DNA of 64,000 nucleotides from Phoronis australis (GCA_002633005.1 NMRA01000830.1:65699-129698); one strand, 5' to 3'; shown: positions 51,901 through 60,718, counted from the stretch's first letter. The notes: generated by a model not told the origin, from the sequence alone. Translations and numbers: made by a program.

Positions 51901-54900
51901 CAGCTGATTTATTTTCAGTTGCATCAACTGATCTAATTATTAGACGATCAACATTATTAGGCTACAGATCAGACGGCATGTAAATTTGTTAGGCTGGTGG
52001 TGGATCAGTTCCTGATAAGTCCGTCTGAAAAAGTTGCATGCCAACTCACTCATAGTTGAATGTTAAATTAGTGTTAACAGTTCGGGTTTTTTTCAGTTGG
52101 ACTTGTATCGCAAGCAACAGCTCAGTCCAGAGCCCTGAATATGCAAATGAAATTCAAAGATAAAGACCTTGTGTCTTAGAAGCCAAGTACCACAGATCAT
52201 CATGCTATAAAAAATAGAAAGACAACGATTGTGAAGAGTGACGAATTCACAGTTTTCAGAGATGTTTTTCTACAGTTTTGTTTGGAGTTCATTGAATCGA
52301 AGCTTCTAACACAAGGAGATGTCATTTGCCTTTCAAAACTAAAGCAAGACTTTGAAGCTGTTCTTCAGAAAGCTGGTGTGCATGAAGTTATTTGGACAGG
52401 CAATCTTAAGAAATATTGTTGAAGCTACTCACTGTTGTAGTTTGTGCCCGACTAAGAGATACGAAAGTGAATTGAGGCTAGTGTTCAATAATTCACTTGC
52501 TGACTCTAATTAACACAGCCCATTATAACATATTTTGAATCAAACGTTTGCCCAAATAGTGCCCGCCTCCAAACAAGGACTTAGTGTTTGACCCTTCATT
52601 GCCTGCGGGCTAATCACCAGTGTGCAGTGCTGTACCCTCTCTAATCGACCATAGTTGGCTCCTTGGCGGTGGAGCTTTGCAGTTAATATGTATGGCAATG
52701 ACCGCATCTCCATTGACAGTACTAAACGATGAACGCTGCAAGTGCAAAAAGAACATGTGTGCTGGGAAACTGAGTTTGTGCTGCAATGCTGGGTCAAACT
52801 GTACAGAAATGTGCAGCTGTGACAACTGTAGTAACATCAGCAACACTGACTGCATAACATTGGATAGTTCTTTGACAAGCCAACCCTAAATAGACCTCCA
52901 ACCCCGTTATTTCCTTTTTTGTATTAAAAAGTTAATTTTATTTGTTGATTAAGTCATAGAAAGTACATACTTTGATCATTGTCATGTATTTGTCTCATAC
53001 TGCTTGATAAACGCTGTCAGAATAATCTATTATTTTCATACAGTCTTTGTGCACATTCACAGAGATCATTCAACTATATTGTTTTTGTACTATAACGTAT
53101 TTCTGGTGTATTATGCAAACAAGCTGTATTTTACACCATTAGTCAATGTTTTAGTCATTGAGGCACAAATTTTGCCCAGTCTCAAGTGTTTTGTGTTATT
53201 TTTGTTGCCTGACAATGCCAGAATAACTTCCTAGTAACATTCAGACTTAGTTTGCATTTTTGCCACTAGGTGTCTCTTTACGTTTTTTAAATTTCACTGT
53301 TTACAATTAATTTACAATAGTAAAACATGTAATGTGAGTGTAATATTGTTCAATACAATGGCACTGATGGGACCATATTACTTGTTTTACAAAAAAGTCA
53401 CCAAAACTGTTGTTTTTACAAATATAAGTTTACTAAGCTCTTTGGTGATTATTAGGTAACTTCAAACTCAAATTTCTCAAAAATGTGCAACTTTATATGT
53501 GGGAACTTTTTAGATTTTGAAAAAACTCTAATAAATGAATTAAAAAACACCAAAATAAAATTGCCCCCTAAAGTACTCACAAAAACCATTTTCTAGAGGC
53601 CCTACAAAATCTGGCCCACCGACTAAAATAGATTGTTTATGATTCAGTGATGATTTAGTCTAATACACTCCAAAAATAATTCGCAGGAAATGTACACTGG
53701 ATGTGTTATGTTTATTTTCCTAAAGCAATGTTTTACATCTTTTTTCTGTATGACCAATTTTGAGGTGTGTGATAAAAGATTAATAATATTATAGAATTCC
53801 TTTAATATTGTTGTTGATTTCCTGTGTAATCACTACATTGTGTCTTGAAGTGATGTTAATGACAACATTTTAACTACGTTTTTGAGAAAATCACAATATA
53901 GTAGGTGTATTATATCTCGCCTCACTCTTTTTCAATGTCACGTTAAACTGGAGATCATGAACTGAAGATGCACTCGGGACCAATACCACAAAACAGAAGA
54001 GTCAAACATATGTTGTATATCCAAGCCACACAAGTGCCACAAGTCAATCTGTTCATCTCTGTATCGATAATATCAGTAAAACATCCAACAAAATATCACC
54101 CATTTTATCCGCAAAACAGTTAACACCATTTCTGGCATTTTTTTTAAATCCCAGACGTTCATGAGCGGTAATCTTTGAATCACCTCACGAATGGTGTTGC
54201 CGCACTCTTCTCGCTCCCCACAGGCACGCTCATCATCATTCTTTAACTTCAATGGCGTATTTGTTATTTTTCCTTTTGCTGTCACAATCTTGCAAGAAGA
54301 TTCGGCACTCGCTTTCCAGGGGTGGATCCAGAATTTTGAGTTGGGGGGGCAGGGCACAGGAGTAGTCAGAATTTTGCCACATGCGCGCACCCAGCCTAAA
54401 ATGTAGGGATACAGGGGGCCTCGAATTTTTGGGTTTGTGGACCTTATTACTAAAAAAATTTACACGGGGTTTGTTCAAGGCCTATGAATTTCGCATTAAC
54501 CCCTCGAGCCCACTTGGGTGCGTGCATATGCTAGTCGGCAATTCACACTGCCAAATGGTATCTGGGAGAATTTTAGGGGGCATGGCCCCCTTGACACCCC
54601 CCTCCTAAGTCCGCCACTGCTTTCATCTGCATCAACAATTTGTTTACTCCTGGCTTACACGCCACATGGAACAATTGCTGGGTGAGTCTTAGTTTAGAAC
54701 CCCTTGTTCCACTTGGTTTCGTCTAAAAGTATATGTTTGTATTCCAAAACCCTGGTAGGGTGTACTTTCACCCCCTGATTAATCTGTTCGTTGAAGCTCG
54801 CCTCACAATAATAACAGTGAACGTGTTTCCTGAAATGAAAATAAATTCATTTGTGAAAATATTTATGATTAAAATAGGGTTTGATGTACATGTAGTCGCT

Positions 54901-57900
54901 GATTTTAATTTAATGGTAATGCTATGATATTATGATATTGTTTAGTTTGGAAACGAAAGTAACAGTAATGACTCAAAATGTGATTAATTCATTGCACCAC
55001 ACTTACTTTGTAACCCTTTTCACGTTTTATAAGTAAAAAGTTCATAACTGTTCGGCACACCACGATGCGTTCTCGATCGCATAAACAACACAAAAATTGA
55101 GTTTCCGATCGTATCTGTCAACAGAAAAGTGTCGAAAAATCAGAGATCCTGACAAAACTACGAAAAACAAGCATTGTGTTATACTTTCACAAGTCACTTC
55201 TTCATAACTTCATGGTCAATTTATTGATTTAGTGCCAAAAATACCCCCAATTTGCCAAAATGACATATGAATCACCTTTGACTCAAGCGCTGCCTCGTTC
55301 AACGTAACTAATCTCCAATAATTGGAACAGACACCAACCCAAACCTCTACCTGACCTTCCTCAATGTGTTACGCCTTTAGCTCATGTCTCTGTTTTCACA
55401 TTGGAAGTAAAAACAACGTAAATTCATCAAATTTACTCACCTTGCCTGGCTTCGCTTCTCGAAACAGGTTTCGTTCTCCATCGCTTTCCGGTCGTTCTCG
55501 ATCGCGGGTTGGCCGGGGTGGCGAACCAAATAAACATAAATTTGTAACGCTAATGAAAATGTTTGAGCCCATTGCTCAGATTAATCTAATGAAATTTGTA
55601 TTTCACGCCACTGCCCTCAGGGAAAAGCTGCTCCGTGTTATCTTGTAAATTCTATGTAACATGTGGGCCAAGGTCTTAAATGTTGAAATACATGAATGAT
55701 TAAGTCCATCTGGCAATTAGGTTAAGAGGGTCAGCTCTCTTTTGTTCGATAATTGCTCTAATCTCCGATAAGATTGAATCTTATATCCTCACTGGGCTGT
55801 ACTGTTAAAAATGTTAAAATATTTGAACATAAACCCAACGACATTCCTGAATTGCCCACCAAACACTGACCAGATTTATAGTTTTTGAATCACCGAAATT
55901 TTTCAACTACAATCGAAGTTACGACAATCTATTATGTCCGAACGTACCAACGTACTGAGATTGACTGTGTTCACATATGATCGATTATAAGCCTGGTAGA
56001 TAATTTATCTGCATGTTGTCCTACCAGACAAAAGACTATGCTCGGCAATTAACAAAGGAGCTAGATGTTGTCACGCGCTCACAACCTCTGTACTGAACAG
56101 GAGAACGCCCTAATGAACTTTAAAAACCTGTCATTTTTATTTATAAGACCCCAATGAGGTCATTTTTCACAGTAGTTCACATAAAGTTTAGACCCCATTA
56201 AAGCGACCCGGGTCATATTTTAATTTAACAAAGTTACCCGGGGTCATTGTTCAACACTCAGTGAAAAGGCTTATTGCGGCAGCACGAAAGTACATCCTGA
56301 GTGAGCGACACTCCTCCTGGATACAATGCATTTGCATCGAGCGACACGGATTAAATGATAAATTTGCGTGATCTTAATTGTTTCTCTTGAAAAAAACGAA
56401 AAAATAAAGCGCTCGCGGTGGATTGACAGCTATTCACGGCAGGCCACTCGAGAATCTGCCACTGGTTGCGATCTTCACATGTTTTTGTATGTTTCTGGAA
56501 AAAATGACACTCATCGGCCTCTTTATTTGTTAGATATCGCACTTTGAAAAGGACAATTTACCCCGTTTGTTTACACGACAATTAGCTGTGTCACATGACT
56601 AGTAGCACTCTCCAATATGGTGTCAAGTTGTCAGCTGCAGTAGCGCGTGCGCCCCGGTCTATAGTATTAAAATGTCTATGGGTACAATGTAACAATTGTG
56701 CATAAATGAATGGAAACAAACAAAGCATTGTAAAACAGATAACATTTAAGGTACCTTTTTCCAAAGTTAAACATTCTAACCGTACCCTGAGTCACCCTAT
56801 CAAGAAATTTAAGTGATCTCAGATATTCTGAAAGCGAGTTGAATGAGCGTTGAGTTTGATGTGCAAAACATACTGTATTGGCTCTACAAGTTGACTATGA
56901 AATACCTGTAATGGATCACAATTTTTCACTTTTGTTCATTTAATTCATCTCAACCTTGATACTTTTCTGCTGACAAGTATGCAACAACTCACCGGAAGAA
57001 ATCATAACACCATGAACTTTTACTTCACACAGCGTGAGGGCCACATGTTCATCAGAAACCTGTATATACAAATAGCGTCCAAACACTGGATGAGGACTAC
57101 AATTTATATGTAGTGTAGCTCCTGTACTAGCACGTCCTGGGTAGTGACTACACTGTTTGGATGAGGCAGATAGGCTTGAGATGTTGGTTACCTTGACAAC
57201 AAAGTTACGCAGCCGATCACCTATTGAAATAAGAACAGACAGATATCAAGTGTAAACAGCAAGTCAGTGAAAACACAGCAGATCGGTCTAGAGGCCATGA
57301 AAAGGGCATATACCAGTGACGTCTTTTTGGTCAAGTACGTCAGTAGTGAAAGGGTCTACCCCAAATTAGCCTAAGTTCATTTTGGTGTTTTGTTTATTTT
57401 TAGATACATGTAATTCGCGGAGGCTATCTATAAGACCAACCACAAAAACGAGAATGGGAAACATAAATCGTGAATTTCCAACCCTTCGCCGAGGAGCACT
57501 TCACAAAAACTGAAAAAAATCTTCACACAACATGCAATCAATGGCAAAGGCACAAAAACACATTTACTGTTGAAATTTCATATAGCTGTTAATGGGATCA
57601 AATAAAAGTGTATAACTTCTAGGATCCCATTCTGCCACGCAGTTGGCTTAAATCAGTTTGAAACTGCGCTGCGTGGAGTTTTAAGGTAACCGTCCAACCT
57701 TGTGTGTGCAAAATGAGCGAGATGATAGAGACAACTTCAGTAAGTTTCAATAAAAAACATTTTTTCAAAAAATAGGTTTTAATGGTATGGAAAACCTTCA
57801 CGGCAAAAACCTTGTGCCAATCATATATCCAAGTTTTGTTTTAGTAGCCTTATTAATTACTAAGAGTTAAGTAACAGTGTATTCATAATACCCAACTTGT

Positions 57901-59301
57901 ACCATTCACTAATTGTTGGCTTTGGCACCCACAACTAAAGCTCCCACCTTCCATATTACAAAATTGAAAGCCTTTAATTTAAGCAATACGGAGAATCACA
58001 AGAACAGCAAGAGTTCATTGTAAACAATGGACTTAACAGACTTGTATGCAGTTGGAGCCCTTAAAAAATCCTAATGTTGTGTTGACAAGATTATAAAAGT
58101 TAAGAATGATCCTTGGGTGACTACCCATTGTCGAGTCAAAGAACGACACCTAGCAGTATAAAATCACAAAGAAGACTTGACAAGGTCCTAGTGTCATTTC
58201 AAATAACTGTGATCATACATGTGTTAATTGTTAACGTAAAATAAGACCAATCCTCGGTCCTGCTTTAGTTTTTTGGCATTTAAAGAGCTCCCAAAATGTT
58301 AATGTTACAGATCATGCTTCACGCATAAAATTGACAGCTAAGACAAGGCAACTGGTAGAAGTATGGCATTCTCCCGTTGAGTCCAACTTGTTCGGTTGTA
58401 TAGCACAACAACAAGTTGGGCGGATGACCACTGTAGCCTGTACTGAGTGATTAAGTACATTCTGGCATTTATGGTGGGAGGGTCAGCTCTCTTTTGTTCG
58501 ATAATTGTGCTAATCTCGCATAACATCCTTTCTAGCATGACTGGGCTGTGCTGCTGAAAATAAAAGCTGAGTTATAAATGTTTGAACATAAACCAATAGC
58601 ATTTCTGAATTCCTCGTCAAATGCTGACCATATTTAGGTTTTAAATGACCAAAATCGCCCCAAATACAACAGAAGTTAAGACAATCTATTCTGTCCAAAC
58701 GTACCAACACACTTGGTTTGACTGTGTTCACATGTGGTTGGTAATAAGCTTGGTAGATAATTGGCCTGCATGTTGTCATACCAGACAAAAGACTGTGCTC
58801 GGCAGTAAACCAAGGAGCTAGATAGTATCAGTACCTTGTCACTGAACAGGAGAACACCCTAATGATACACACTTGTTGAGCCTGGTCTGAACCAATGACC
58901 TGACTGGTCAAGTCCAGGTATCAGCCCTAATTTGAGTAAGGAACAACACGAGTCCAATTTCATGACCCTCACCATTACACTAAATCACAACTTACTTTTT
59001 ATGAAAACACATTTATAGCAACTCTAAGTCGGTATATAAAGTTAGTTCCACTGAATTGTGACTTCATCAAAACATGTTAAATGAAGGTACAATTTACCAC
59101 AACATCCACCTCGGTTCACTATAGTAACATTAGAAATAGAGTACACAGCTAACAGGTCCACTCTCCACCAGGGGTTCTTCTCACGAACTGTGTGAGTACA
59201 GTAGGTGTAGTATTGTCTCAGGTCCCCATCAACAGCTTTCGAAGATGTGTAACTACCATATGTGCTGGACTGTTGAGTTGGTTTGTTAGCAGCGATATTC
59301 A
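3813..59301 (-). CDS. Multi-exon type I membrane receptor, partial: FTLD-FTLD-kringle-FTLD-unassigned domain-FN3 x4-TM-juxtamembrane-probable PTP start (receptor PTP-like)
   Basis: 16 exons from 59301 to 7068 have AG/GT boundaries and compatible phases, joining to 3426 nt with no stop; 3 weaker exons at 4524-3813 continue the frame. Domains recognised from sequence motifs. N-terminus and most of the PTP domain not found. Confidence 0.8.
4199..4213 (-). CDS. Candidate 15-nt microexon (HSLFS)
   Basis: tgctttgttttag|CATAGTTTGTTCAGC|gtaagt, read as phase 0-0. Confidence 0.4.
4439..4524 (-). CDS. Candidate juxtamembrane exon
   Basis: acccag|ACACAACA...AAAGCAG|gtaagt, 86 nt, phase 1-0, open (DTTNVFISYLINAGCIIHQLICNVSRSKQ). 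Strong donor; acceptor choice uncertain. Confidence 0.45.
4657..4787. repeat. 17-bp minisatellite
   Basis: catgagt(g/c)cacccatag about 8 times, ending at N4788. Confidence 0.95.
7068..7132 (-). CDS. Exon: cytoplasmic stop-transfer segment
   Basis: atttag|ACGTCGCC...GTATCAG|gtaaaa, 65 nt, phase 2-1. RRRKRKRTKRQTNNNSAIEVS. Confidence 0.85.
7597..7681 (-). CDS. Exon: transmembrane helix (not in ORF track)
   Basis: tttcag|CCATAGAC...TTGTTAT|gtaagt, 85 nt, phase 1-2. IDLGAVGGSVGAVVVILVVVVIVVIIV. Confidence 0.9.
7975..9397. repeat. About 80-bp satellite with two subunit variants
   Basis: gttggttgacatccaacatccaatagctgc(t/c)ccacctggtgg recurs about every 80 bp; further copies at 10458-10833 and 12435-12542. 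Confidence 0.95.
9398..10326 (+). mobile_element. Dispersed non-autonomous element of about 1 kb (unclassified)
   Basis: Copies at 10834-11903, inverted at 55735-56680, fragments at about 29370-29870, 39420-39920 and 58360-58865; shared end ATAGACAT..cgcacgcgctactgcagctgacaac. Confidence 0.7.
10328..11760. repeat. Duplicate of 7842-10326 with a shorter satellite array
   Basis: Colinear near-identity starting right after N10327. Confidence 0.92.
13883..14859. repeat. Direct duplicate of 18433-19138
   Basis: Colinear near-identity; the second copy lacks about 280 bp at the N19060 join. Confidence 0.92.
15326..15494. repeat. 40-bp minisatellite (second array at 19972-20181)
   Basis: cccaccaatagctattaccaatagtcagtgatgagatgtg; both arrays border N gaps. 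Confidence 0.95.
15599..15889 (-). CDS. Exon: FN3 domain
   Basis: ttccag|TTCCAGAC...CAAGCAG|gtaagt, 291 nt. FTVSW..MNGEFTNYRV..RPYTHYSVVVKVCNVIGCS. Confidence 0.95.
15915..16170. repeat. Degenerate (AAT/AAG/AAC)n low-complexity tract
   Basis: A-rich trinucleotide mosaic that produces the spurious Ile/Leu-rich ORF extension. Confidence 0.95.
16450..16764 (-). CDS. Exon: FN3 domain
   Basis: tttcag|TACCTGGC...GCGTCAG|gtttgt, 315 nt. PGPVGNL..IIVSWSLPDIPNGVIAKYQV..LESNADYRIRVRAFTNEGGG. Confidence 0.95.
16750..17060. repeat. Degenerate tandem repeat of about 50 bp containing the FN3 exon acceptor
   Basis: caacagg(g/t)cc(a/t)ggtact(g/t/c)aaatt...aattca..tacagtgttc about 6-7 times; the first unit overlaps exon start 16764. 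Confidence 0.8.
17812..18070. repeat. 43-bp minisatellite (second array at 20628-20835)
   Basis: aataattaatacacaatccatacagagtgcagcatggtcacag about 6 times; part of the 17647-18080 / 20479-20850 duplicate. Confidence 0.95.
19468..19515 (-). ncRNA. Minimal type I hammerhead ribozyme
   Basis: Minus strand reads GACTT-CTGAGGA-T-GGTGT(ttaataaatg)ACACC-GAAA-CATG-TC-AAGTT: CUGANGA and GAAA core, 5-bp stem II, stem I gactt/aagtt, palindromic ACATGT minimal stem III, GUC cleavage triplet. Confidence 0.8.
20988..23253 (+). mobile_element. Internally deleted Ty3/Gypsy (Mag-like) LTR retrotransposon
   Basis: LTRs 20988-21108 and 23100-23253 (TGTT...AACA); PBS-like tgttggcagcgg at 21109; PPT agaaaagggga; TSD gtaag/gtcag; frameshifted gag (LQERLLRE..LTL), RNase H scrap (DSSHNGLGAVIMQ) and integrase (YLVVVDYASNFIEV, QANGKA, LLELRNT). 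Confidence 0.92.
24420..24511 (-). pseudogene. Truncated paralogous FN3 exon (3' part with intact donor) abutting an RTE LINE
   Basis: Encodes YDVEVTVVNDMSFQSVAKVMDITTAETG|gtaaag, versus YDVEVTAVNDMSLQSQEMDRTITTAQTG|gtaaag at 25539-25622. Confidence 0.8.
24511..25438 (+). mobile_element. 5'-truncated RTE-clade LINE
   Basis: KGVRQGDPISPKLF, LRFADD, YKYLGQ, KWRWGGHVAR with frameshifts; (AGAGTC)3 tail at 25421-25438. Confidence 0.93.
25539..25758 (-). CDS. Exon: FN3 C-part
   Basis: tttcag|GATCCAAC...CAAACAG|gtaaag, 220 nt, phase 0-1. ILEYRIVF..W..LQDLDAYIRYDVEVTAVN. Confidence 0.9.
25947..26029 (-). CDS. Exon: FN3 N-part (not in ORF track)
   Basis: ccttag|CACCCTCT...TGGGAT|gtaagt, 83 nt, phase 1-0. 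PSPVQNLTG..ATLTLTWD. Confidence 0.88.
26163..26445 (+). mobile_element. Decayed MITE, same family as 54317-54619
   Basis: Starts cagtggcagatttaggggg; reverse-complement similarity to 54317-54619. Confidence 0.7.
27130..27435 (-). CDS. Exon: divergent FN3-like domain
   Basis: tttcag|ATCACTGG...TGTACAA|gtaagt, 306 nt. VILTFQAWP..FVVLYK..SWSQV..LTTAGLYKFNGQVV. Confidence 0.8.
27763..28098. mobile_element. MITE with terminal inverted repeats of about 30 bp
   Basis: tttgttaaatgcacggcacttcattgttca ... tgaacaatgaaaagtgtcgtgcatttaacaaa. Confidence 0.75.
28758..29015 (-). CDS. Exon: unassigned extracellular domain, C-half
   Basis: tgtcag|GTGAACAA...TCAAAAA|gtaggt, 258 nt, phase 1-1. GEQEMRLSNAVQVKQGDVMGYHY..RVPAMQALV. 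Confidence 0.8.
30229..31519 (+). mobile_element. Helentron-associated (HINE-like) element with internal repeats of about 145 bp
   Basis: Starts acaagag..aatgcgccc; internal degenerate repeats carrying gccactag.tggcgc; GACGG-rich tract; terminal hairpin atgcgtcca..tgggtgcat. Related copies at about 780-1560, 17250-17530, 33230-33340 and 35690-36322. Confidence 0.55.
31524..31742 (-). CDS. Exon: unassigned extracellular domain, N-half
   Basis: tttcag|ACTATTTT...TATTCAG|gtattt, 219 nt, phase 1-1, open. IFTDLRVDSDGFLIGWKFNAARPGTVWADIWRQ..FTLVHKAQI. Confidence 0.8.
32129..33046 (-). mobile_element. 5'-truncated L2/CR1-group LINE
   Basis: EFKYLGLILDPNLKF..HI..KIGVL..LYHSIIQPH; QNRAARAI; INGLAPAYL; (TAAA)n tail at 32129-32149. 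Confidence 0.9.
34040..34258 (-). CDS. Exon: F-type lectin domain 3, C-half
   Basis: tttcag|ATACAACT...GTCACAA|gtaagt, 219 nt. LTNFDIRV..C..C..GRYLFIQ..LVMCEVEVYG. Confidence 0.92.
34601..34825 (-). CDS. Exon: F-type lectin domain 3, N-half
   Basis: ttacag|TGACTACA...GACAACT|gtatgt, 225 nt. NIALGKPAIQSST..ASLAVDGN..CSHT..WWRVDL..ITNR. Confidence 0.92.
34944..35219 (-). CDS. Exon: kringle domain
   Basis: 276 nt, phase 1-1, six Cys. ECK..GQTYSG..TTRGNDHCQRWDSQTP..YCRNPN..GPWCY..RWSYCDVYRC. Confidence 0.95.
38052..38279 (-). CDS. Exon: F-type lectin domain 2, C-half (not in ORF track)
   Basis: cgatag|GTGAGCGG...TCTTCCG|gtgagt, 228 nt. GERLHNFVVKV..GRYLYIQ..LTLCEVQIHG. Confidence 0.9.
40153..40356 (-). 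CDS. Exon: F-type lectin domain 2, N-half
   Basis: 204 nt, phase 1-1. With the next exon it gives the canonical H-x26-R-x-D-x4-R motif (H...NRDDCCGER). Confidence 0.92.
42562..43418. mobile_element. Non-autonomous TIR element with 5-bp TSD
   Basis: Ends cataggtggatttag / ctagatccgccactg; TSD ttaac on both sides; empty site present in the paralogous block at about 60110. Confidence 0.85.
44298..45625 (+). mobile_element. Unclassified dispersed repeat (internally deleted copy at 19068-19830)
   Basis: 44298-44655 matches 19068-19415 and 45312-45625 matches 19518-19830; shared GC-rich hairpin at 45559-45600 and 19764-19805. Confidence 0.6.
50463..53625 (+). mobile_element. Academ DNA transposon remnant
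   Basis: TIR TAGTCGGTGGGCCAGAT / ATCTGGCCCACCGACTA extending imperfectly (gtgagtacttt.gggggcaa); 3-bp TSD aaa; remnants EAKYHRS..CY, HCLRANHQCAV and Cys-rich CKCKK..C..C..CTEMCSCDNCSN. Confidence 0.85.
54317..54619 (-). mobile_element. MITE with CAG termini and 5-bp TSD
   Basis: caggggtggatccag ... ctaagtccgccactg; ctttc on both sides. Confidence 0.85.
55735..56680 (-). mobile_element. Inverted copy of the 9398-10326 element family
   Basis: Reverse-complement match along about 900 bp. Confidence 0.75.
56993..57220 (-). CDS. Exon: F-type lectin domain 1, C-half (not in ORF track)
   Basis: caatag|GTGATCGG...TCTTCCG|gtgagt, 228 nt, phase 1-1. GDRLRNFVVKV..QCSHY..C..GRYLYIQ..LTLCEVKVHG. Confidence 0.9.
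59098..59301 (-). CDS. Exon: F-type lectin domain 1, N-half
   Basis: tttcag|TGAATATC...TGTTGTG|gtaaat, 204 nt, phase 1-1. NIAANKPTQQSS..SSKAVDG..CTHT..PWWRVDL..IVNRGGCC. Confidence 0.9.
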
Positions 59302-60718
59302 CTGAAATAAAATCACAATAATGGAGAAGAGTTATTTTTAGGGAAACAACAAAACTGAGGGGACAATGTCTTTGACAAGAATGGTCATTAAGTATAGAGA
59401 GAAATATGAATTAGCAGTTGACCATGTAAAACACATTTTGGTAACATACAAGTCAATGCCAAGTCTGAAGAAATATTAGGAACAATCATATTAATTGTGA
59501 ATTCAGAGAGAAGAGGGAAGTGTGAGAGGGAAGGATGAAGGGAGATGGAGAGGCCGGTGTAGAGCAAGGGAGGGAGAGGGAGCGAGTTTTACATTTGGCT
59601 GAAATGACAATAACACTAAAAACAAAAATAATTCCCACATTTCATAATAAGAAAGCCTATGCATTTTGCTACAAATTTACATAATCAGAACAAAATGTTT
59701 GAGATGTAATTTTACTTGAAGTTGCTATCCCTGAAATAATCTTTAGTGATCTACAATTTCAACCACCATTTTGTACAGAGGAGAGCAATGGCAAACAAAA
59801 GGTCCGAAGAAGACTGACATTTGTTTTATTTCTATACGTTTTATTTTGCTATTCTCCATTTGTTTACTAGAAGATCAAGTGGTTTGGAACATTCTAGAGC
59901 ATATGTGTTTGTAGAATAATTGGGTAGATTCTGGAAAGTTCAAGATTGCGGTCTAAGAGGTGACAGGAACATGGATTCCATAATGTCACAAGTGGTGCCA
60001 TGCGGTCACGCCAAGGTGATTATTTCTATAAACTCTGAGAAATCCCAAGTCAGAGTCAGTGGAGATGACATTTTCTGAGTGTCAACAATATATGGCCAGG
60101 CTATAGAAATTCAATTATCACCCAAGTTGTTTTTAGCTGAATGGCTCGATCGAGTTTACAGACATGTAGATTGCCCAACCCGCACTCAAAAGTTCTGGGA
60201 CGCCCTCCCATATTCCCCAGTGATGAAATATACTTCATTTACAAGAAACACAATCAAATGTAGCTTTTGTCTCAAATCTGCCACTACCACATAGTTCTTG
60301 GGAGAGTACATTGTTTGTGTGATGTTGTGGTGAACCTACATTGAGTACTAAGGGCTATTGTCACTTACATGGGTCAAAACGGTACTGAATTATGAGAACC
60401 AGCTTGATGCCCCTAATTCGTTGGAGAAAACTGGTTTTCAAAACGAGTGACCCCTGTAAGTTAGAGCAGTAATAACAAGAGAATCTGACAAAGACCAAGA
60501 TACAGAATTAAACCAAAAAATAACATGAAAACGCTCGAAGGGGCAACACTTGGTCAAATTGACTGAAAATAAATTGATGATGACAATGATGATGATGATG
60601 GTAGCGATAACGAACATGATGACAATAACCAAATGATGAATGAAGAAGTCAGAAATCATTACGAAATATAGAATGTATACGTAAATAAAACAACAAAATG
60701 GATCATATTCCATTTGTA

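Larger units (their letters stand above)
49021..55520. mobile_element. 6.5-kb TIR DNA transposon, superfamily unclear
   Basis: Imperfect TIR of about 55 bp, caccccggccaacccg(t/c)gatcgagaacg; flanked by gcgaac on both sides; subterminal gcgatcg(a/t/g)gaacg repeats. Confidence 0.9.
45995..55670 (+). mobile_element. Decayed RTE-X-like LINE ORF2 interrupted at 49020/55521
   Basis: APE motifs (VYLPP, GNLNARIG, VVDYIL, SDHLP), RT (RQGCMLSP, LLYADD, YKYLG), C-terminal RCSNHNLMIEKGR..C..C..EDEYHF..C. The frame CWRE|PNKHKFVTLM resumes after the insertion. Clade assignment is inference. Confidence 0.88.

Noticed and set aside
60369-60453. Possible upstream exon (GSLVLKTSFLQRIRGIKLVLIIQYRFDP), perhaps joined to MRQKS|gtgagt near 63394-63408
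   Set aside because: Splice sites and phases fit, but the product is not a convincing signal peptide; cannot be supported without transcripts.
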